64,000 nucleotides of DNA, taken from NCBI GenBank assembly GCA_034226945.1, contig CP120459.1:496001-560000 (forward strand), read 5' to 3'. This DNA comes from Picochlorum sp. SENEW3 (taxonomy: Eukaryota). A program made the translations under genes and the position numbers. The notes below the pieces were generated by a model. That model ran no database searches. It was not told where the DNA came from and saw nothing but the letters and a program-made list of their open reading frames with translations. This document shows, piece after piece, positions 58,372 to 64,000 of the stretch (position 1 is the first letter of the stretch; the number at the start of each line of letters is the position of its first letter).

Positions 58372-59387
58372 TCATGAATCTTTTTGCCATGCTGCCATCG
58401 CCTCCTCCATTGAATCACCAACACATCCAATAATACCCTGGGTCGTCTTGAGAGAATCGACCAAGACATGCTCACTGGACTTGGTTGCTTCATCTCTCAT
58501 CTGTATTCGTAAATTCATATGTCTATACACAGGATGCTCCAAGGAATATCCAGCAAACACGACATCAGGCCTGCATGGAGGAAGAAGAATGCACACATAT
58601 TTAGATGCAATACTAATTAACATAATAATACTGCTATACACGTACTGTGTCCAAGCCACATCCCTCACCATGTTGGCAAGCGTATGCCCTTCACCATCCA
58701 CAACCACCTGTATCGATTTCGGACCTATAACAATCGGTTTCCTATGCCCAGATAATGCCATCCGCCTCTCATACGGATTCGTCGTCACTCCCTGTGCCAC
58801 TCCTGCCTTCCAAAACCTCCCATCCGGTGGAGCTGCTGTGTCTGGAATTTCATCATTCACAATTCTCTGGTACAAGGGCTGGTACCGATCATACTGCACA
58901 TGTACATAGTAGTAAAGATATATATACGATGACATCCCAATCACATTGCAATAAAAAGCCGCACCATACTCCTCGCCCGTGATTTATGCCCAGGTAGATA
59001 CTCCTGTCGATGCCCAAACACTGTCGACGACTGAGGCCCCTGCTTCTCCCCATCCAAATTCATCCTCTCAGCCCACAATGGCTTCTCCTCTCTCGCATCC
59101 ACAGGCGCCGCATGCCGATCCCCACCAACCCTATAATCCAAGTCAGCCTTGTGCCATTCCTCTTGCATCCAGAGCGGAGGCTCCTGCCCATCCCTCCCAG
59201 TCATCGCGTACCACCAACTCTTCTTATTCCGATCCCAATCAGGATCTCGTTTCAGATAATGCGTTTCACTAGACAGCACATCTCCATACTGGTGCATCCA
59301 TTCCTCCCGTGTCATGGTTGACATGTCCTTTTGAGAAATGTGTGGTACCACAAAATGTGATCCACCATCTTCAATTGAATCAGCCAT
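58372..59387 (-). CDS. RpoL/AC19-like subunit, copy B, with a long N-terminal extension (3 exons)
   Basis: GEGHTLANMVRDVAWTQ|PDVVFAGYSLEHPVYRHMNLRIQ; the upstream ORF 58941-59387 joins in frame via a GT-AG intron. Confidence 0.78.
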
Positions 59388-59835
59388 TTTCTTATTGTTT
59401 TTTTCAAAGACTACTACTACTGCTACTCAAATCGAATGTATCCATACAGTGTTACGTATACTAATAAGAACTAGTAGTCAATGATGGACACACACATGCC
59501 TTTGCATGCGACGTTGCTGAGGTTGATATGACGATGAGATACACTGCTGCTTGTGTTCTTAAATATTCACTCAATATGTCGCATTCATCCAAGTTTAATA
59601 TCTCCCAATTGAGAGTCAATTGGTTATCAATGTATCACAAGGTTCCATTGGCAATCAGGATTTTATTAAAATCTTTTATATATCTATTTACGGGAGATAT
59701 CTCTCTCTCTCTCTCTTAGAGAATTTCTCTGATCATCATCATCATCATGAGAAATACATACATACATACATAGTATTCAACAAGAAGAAAAACAAGTTGA
59801 GCATCTCCCTTGTTGTTCGCCCATCATTCACAACA

Positions 59836-60609
59836 ATGCTGGGGACGAGATCATGTGCTTTTTTGGTTCAATTACAACAACAGAAGAACACGCATTCCAG
59901 GTCGATATCTGGGTTTGCTCTGCCATGTACTACACAACAACAATCATCAGAATACAATAACAGTCCTACAACGGTGATGCAGAGAGCAGCGAGTGCTGCA
60001 TTGGCATGCCTGATGGCCACAGGGTGTCCAGGAGACTTGCCTGCCCTGGCACGTCCATCACCACCCAGTGGTGATGGAATGGATACTGCCAATAGTACAC
60101 CATACACGCGTGGTATGAATTTAGAATATGGACCTGTGAAGAACTCGGATGGGATGTATGCGATTAGGAAATGCAATGGAGCTGCACAGCCCAACTGCGT
60201 ATCAACATCTTCCACAACAAGACTGTATGCACCTCCCTTTACTGCCACGAATACAGATACAGTAGCGCAGGCCATGGAAGAATTCGATATAGCTATTAAA
60301 TCTATTGATCCTGGTGTATCCCTGGTGGACTCGGAGGACAATCTCCCTCTGGGAGGTATGTATAGGAGATACAGTGTCCCATCCCCTCTGTCTGAGATTG
60401 ACTATGTAGAAGTGCTCATCACCGCATCAGAGACAGAACCCTCCGTGTTTTATAAAAGTCAGGCGAGTAAGACGACGTACATCTGGCCAATCCAGCAGCC
60501 GATCGGTGATTTTGATGCTCAAAAGAAGAGAATGGCTCGATTGAGACAATCCTTGGGATGGAAGCTATTAGTAGGTGACTGTGATCTGATTGAATGTTAT
60601 GATTACTGA
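59836..60609 (+). CDS. Thylakoid lumen DUF1499-like protein
   Basis: Transit plus AxA signal, C...PNCVSTS, and IGDFDAQKKRM...LGW. Confidence 0.75.
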   Translation: MLGTRSCAFLVQLQQQKNTHSRSISGFALPCTTQQQSSEYNNSPTTVMQRAASAALACLMATGCPGDLPALARPSPPSGDGMDTANSTPYTRGMNLEYGPVKNSDGMYAIRKCNGAAQPNCVSTSSTTRLYAPPFTATNTDTVAQAMEEFDIAIKSIDPGVSLVDSEDNLPLGGMYRRYSVPSPLSEIDYVEVLITASETEPSVFYKSQASKTTYIWPIQQPIGDFDAQKKRMARLRQSLGWKLLVGDCDLIECYDY

Positions 60610-60626
60610 GAATTATTCATATATCG

Positions 60627-62094
60627 ATGTTTGATACAACCCATAATCTGTTTCCTCCGACACCATGGGAGCTCAACGCTGCAGCAAGCGTTGGGTTCTC
60701 CATTACCATGTTTCGCTTTGTCATTGCATTTCTAGTCAGCGTTCCCGTGTCGATTGGATTACGATATGTACCTACTGCTTTAGGACGGCATATATATGCA
60801 ATCGTGACTGGTTTTGCATTGATTTATTATCCTTTTGGTAGCGGCTGTTTTCACTCGTTGGTCACGGCGACTGTCGTCTATGCTTTCATGGTTTTGGTGC
60901 CTGATTCCTGTGGGATACTGGCATGGATGTTTGCGTTTCCGTATCTGATTGGGAATCACATTTATCAGGCGAGTGGGATGTCATGGAAGGAGGGGAATCT
61001 GGATTTTACAGGTGCCCAGATGGTGCTGACGCTCAAGTTGGTGGCGGTTGCCATGTGTCGGCAGGATGGGCGGAGGAAACGACAGCAATTGCATGCGTAT
61101 GGGGAATCTAAAAAGCTCGAGTCTCTTCCATCTGTGTTTGAGTATTACTCATACTTATTTTCTGCGGGAAGTCTTTTGTCTGGGCCGTTCTTTGAGGCCA
61201 AGGATTATTTTGACTACATGGAGAGGAGAGGGGATTGGGAGGGGAAAATTCCCAGTCCTCTGATTCCTGGATTGTATAGGTTTGGGAAGGCATTGTGTTG
61301 TGCAGCTGTGTGGATGTATTTCACAAATCGTGGACTGAATGTTGATTTTATAGAAAGCGAATATTGGCGTCATGAGTTGCCTTTGGTGTTGAGATTGGCG
61401 TCCCTATGGGCAACAGTGGTTGTGTATCGATTCAAGTATTATGCGGTGTGGACTGTCTCGGAATCATGCATGGTATTCAGTGGGTTGGGGTATAGGAAGA
61501 CGGATGAGGATGGAGGGGCGCGATGGGATAGGTATATTACGTCACATATTAGGCAGGTTGAATTGAATCCTTCTCTGGCAGATACGCCACGGCATTGGAA
61601 TATTTGTACTGGTTTGTGGCTCAGGCACTGTGCGTGTTTTTTTTTAAATGTGTACTCATTAGTATTGACTGATATAGGGTTACTGTGCAGATGTGTATGA
61701 ACGGTTGAGCAAGCCTGGAGATAAGCCATCGTTTTTCAACATGATGGTGACACAGCTTGTGAGCGGAGTGTGGCATGGAGTTTTTGCAGGGTATTGGCTC
61801 TTTTTCGCGACATCTGCGTTCATGTTTCAAGCTTCTAGGCTTTTATACAAGTACGAATTACATTGGGATTCGAAATGGAGGAATTTCTTGCCGTGGTATT
61901 GGACAAAGATTGTTATGACTGCTCTTGTGTTGGATTATGCTGGGAGTGCCTTCATGGTGCTCTCGTTCCACGAATCCTTGTTGATCTGGAGATCAACGTA
62001 TTATGTGGGGCACGTTTGGATTGCAGTCATGTTGCTTTTAGGCGTCATCATGCCTCCAAAAAAGTCAGACAACACGAAGAATAAAAAAGAGTGA
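60627..62094 (+). CDS. MBOAT lysophospholipid acyltransferase (LPCAT-like; intron ~61629-61691)
   Basis: GAQMVLTLK, GPFFE, WNICTGLWLRH|YVYERL and SGVWHG. Confidence 0.9.
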
Positions 62095-62101
62095 TGTTAC
62101 A

Positions 62102-64000
62102 TCATCTTTTGTTGAATGAAATGTAAGTAAGTGCAATGACTGCCACTGCTCTAAAAAAGACAATGTATGCAAACACAATCAGTATGCACCACCATGAAAA
62201 CCCAGGATCGTAGCCCCAGAATGATTGTACATACTCTCCAATTGTTATTGTGGATACACCTGGTTGATCCAATGGTACATCGCTATCAGCTAGCTGTGTT
62301 CCAGCTAAACCGTACAAAATCCATGTTGTTGGACTGATACGAGACATCCATTGCCATCCAGCAGGAGTCTGTGGATATGGCACTAAAAATCCATTGAATA
62401 TTGTCCACATTTGATTGGAAAATGCAGCCAATAGCTGAGCCAGTAGCTGATTTGGACATATGATGACCAGACATTGGCCCAAAAATGTGTACATGGTCAC
62501 TGATAGGAAGAACATCAGGAGAAAATAGAAGAACTTCCACGCAACAGGTTGAAATCCGACCATCCAATAGGTGAGGACCACCATGACGATTGCTTGCGCT
62601 GCCAGATAGGGAATTTCAGCCACCCCTTGTGCTAGGGCCAGAGCTCTTGCAGAATACATCGACGCTGCTTTATTGCGATAATATACTGACCTTTCGCCAA
62701 AGATAATCGGCATAACTGTCATGCAATTGAACATGCCATTGAAAATAGCTAACGAAAACATCAGACCCATGATATTTTGGACAGTGGATAGTGATGCTGG
62801 TTCCGATCCTGCTCTTACTGCCTTGCCTTCGTTCAGGTAGATGAGACCATAAATCAGGGCAATGGTAAGAGTCATAATGATTCGAATGAAGTTGTAATGT
62901 GGAGCCCTCCAGTAGAAAGCAAAGTACTTTCTCAGAAGCATTTTTGCCTGGATACCAAATGACGTTGCATACTGCTGATCTATTGTCAAAACTGTGGTGG
63001 ATTTTAATGATTCTTGTACCAAGACTTCCATGTTGGACAGATTTTGCTCCTCCAGTGTACTCTTCGAATACTCCAAAGGAAAATCAATATCTGCAGCTTT
63101 GAAAGTCGTTGCCATTGAGCCACCTGTTACTTCAAGCATCCACGTTGCTGGATTATAACCTGGCTTGATGGCAGGGACGCCAGGATAGGATTCTAGGTAC
63201 GAAATCAAAGTTTCGCTATTCTCGCCCAAGGGACCAAAGTACGTCAGACGACCACCTTTCTGTAAGAGAACTAGCATATCAAAGGCCTCAAAGATTTCCA
63301 TCGATGGTTGATGGATTGTCACAGTCACTGTTCTGTTGCTGCTGGCGACATTTCGAACTGCCCTCATCACAACAGCTGCTGCTCGTGCATCCAATCCACT
63401 GGTGGGCTCATCCATGAATAGGACGGAAGGATTTCCAACAAGTTCCACACCAATACTCAAACGTTTTCTTTGTTCGATGGACAGACCTTCTCCACCAGGA
63501 TTGCCAACGACTCGACCTCGCAATTCCTTCAACTCTATAGTAGACAAGGTTTCCTCAACTATTGCGCATACTTGAGAATCTGACACACTACTTTCTGAAA
63601 GTCGCAGTCGTGCAGCAAAGTGCAAGGTTTCACAGACAGTGATACATGGAGAGTGCAGGTCAAGCTGTTCTACATAGCCAACAACACGAGACCAAACCCC
63701 AGGTTCTATTTGGCGACCATTCGCCAAAATGTCACCCCTGATAATTCCTTGAGTTTTTCTACCGGCAACAACATCCATTAATGTGGTCTTTCCTGCACCA
63801 GAGCCTCCCATGAGAGCTGTCAGCTTACCTGGCTCTGCGTAAAAGTCAATGCCTTGCAACAATTGGAGCTTGCCTTCAATTTCTTTATCATCAGAACCTT
63901 TCACAACATCTTGGCGCGTTCCTTTCGAAGGATCGTTCACATAATACTCCAAATTTCTACAAACAAGACTGATGGGCGTGAACGGGACAGGCTCCACTTT
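62102..64000 (-). CDS. Full-size ABCG/PDR transporter, C-terminal half (continues beyond the window)
   Basis: MGGSGAGKTT, LSIEQRKRL, MDEPTSGLD, TIHQPS and YNPATWMLEV; ends FNKR. Confidence 0.95.
   Translation of the reverse strand, partial: KVEPVPFTPISLVCRNLEYYVNDPSKGTRQDVVKGSDDKEIEGKLQLLQGIDFYAEPGKLTALMGGSGAGKTTLMDVVAGRKTQGIIRGDILANGRQIEPGVWSRVVGYVEQLDLHSPCITVCETLHFAARLRLSESSVSDSQVCAIVEETLSTIELKELRGRVVGNPGGEGLSIEQRKRLSIGVELVGNPSVLFMDEPTSGLDARAAAVVMRAVRNVASSNRTVTVTIHQPSMEIFEAFDMLVLLQKGGRLTYFGPLGENSETLISYLESYPGVPAIKPGYNPATWMLEVTGGSMATTFKAADIDFPLEYSKSTLEEQNLSNMEVLVQESLKSTTVLTIDQQYATSFGIQAKMLLRKYFAFYWRAPHYNFIRIIMTLTIALIYGLIYLNEGKAVRAGSEPASLSTVQNIMGLMFSLAIFNGMFNCMTVMPIIFGERSVYYRNKAASMYSARALALAQGVAEIPYLAAQAIVMVVLTYWMVGFQPVAWKFFYFLLMFFLSVTMYTFLGQCLVIICPNQLLAQLLAAFSNQMWTIFNGFLVPYPQTPAGWQWMSRISPTTWILYGLAGTQLADSDVPLDQPGVSTITIGEYVQSFWGYDPGFSWWCILIVFAYIVFFRAVAVIALTYISFNKR

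Overview
Very gene-dense eukaryotic nuclear DNA from a green alga. Short GT-AG introns, TGTAA poly(A)-type signals, plastid-targeted genes and near-touching convergent genes suggest a compact trebouxiophyte such as Picochlorum (inference). About 35 protein genes are supported: RPS4 (partial), a HERC-like RCC1-HECT E3, NC2beta, SGT1-like, TMEM184, a pentapeptide lumen protein, MATE, an ankyrin protein, ubinuclein, a chlorophyllase-like hydrolase, CCS1, kinesin-14, RHD3, NOP58, UBQ-RPL40, a Q-rich unknown, CobW-WW, PIG-T, Ycf45, GPCAT, calmodulin-like, MLO, RAD51, MetAP2, GBP-like, CLEC16A/TT9, DDX47, DUF1995, DVR, LPCAT and a partial PDR ABC transporter. No CRISPR array, tRNA, rRNA or transposase was recognised. 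The most notable observations are: (1) a locus at 29.1-34.0 kb where two copies of a palindrome CCYATCAAA-N7-TTTGATRGG bracket a Q-rich regulator-like gene and a pseudoknot-capable non-coding element, next to a CobW-WW gene; (2) a tandem pair of divergent RpoL/AC19-like polymerase-subunit genes, one of them missed by the ORF track; (3) an H/ACA-like snoRNA in a NOP58 intron with a plausible 18S target; (4) a highly structured ~220-nt intergenic element after RPS4; (5) a secreted Cache-like gene interrupted by a single in-frame TGA. All family calls come from motif recognition by eye; no database search was run.
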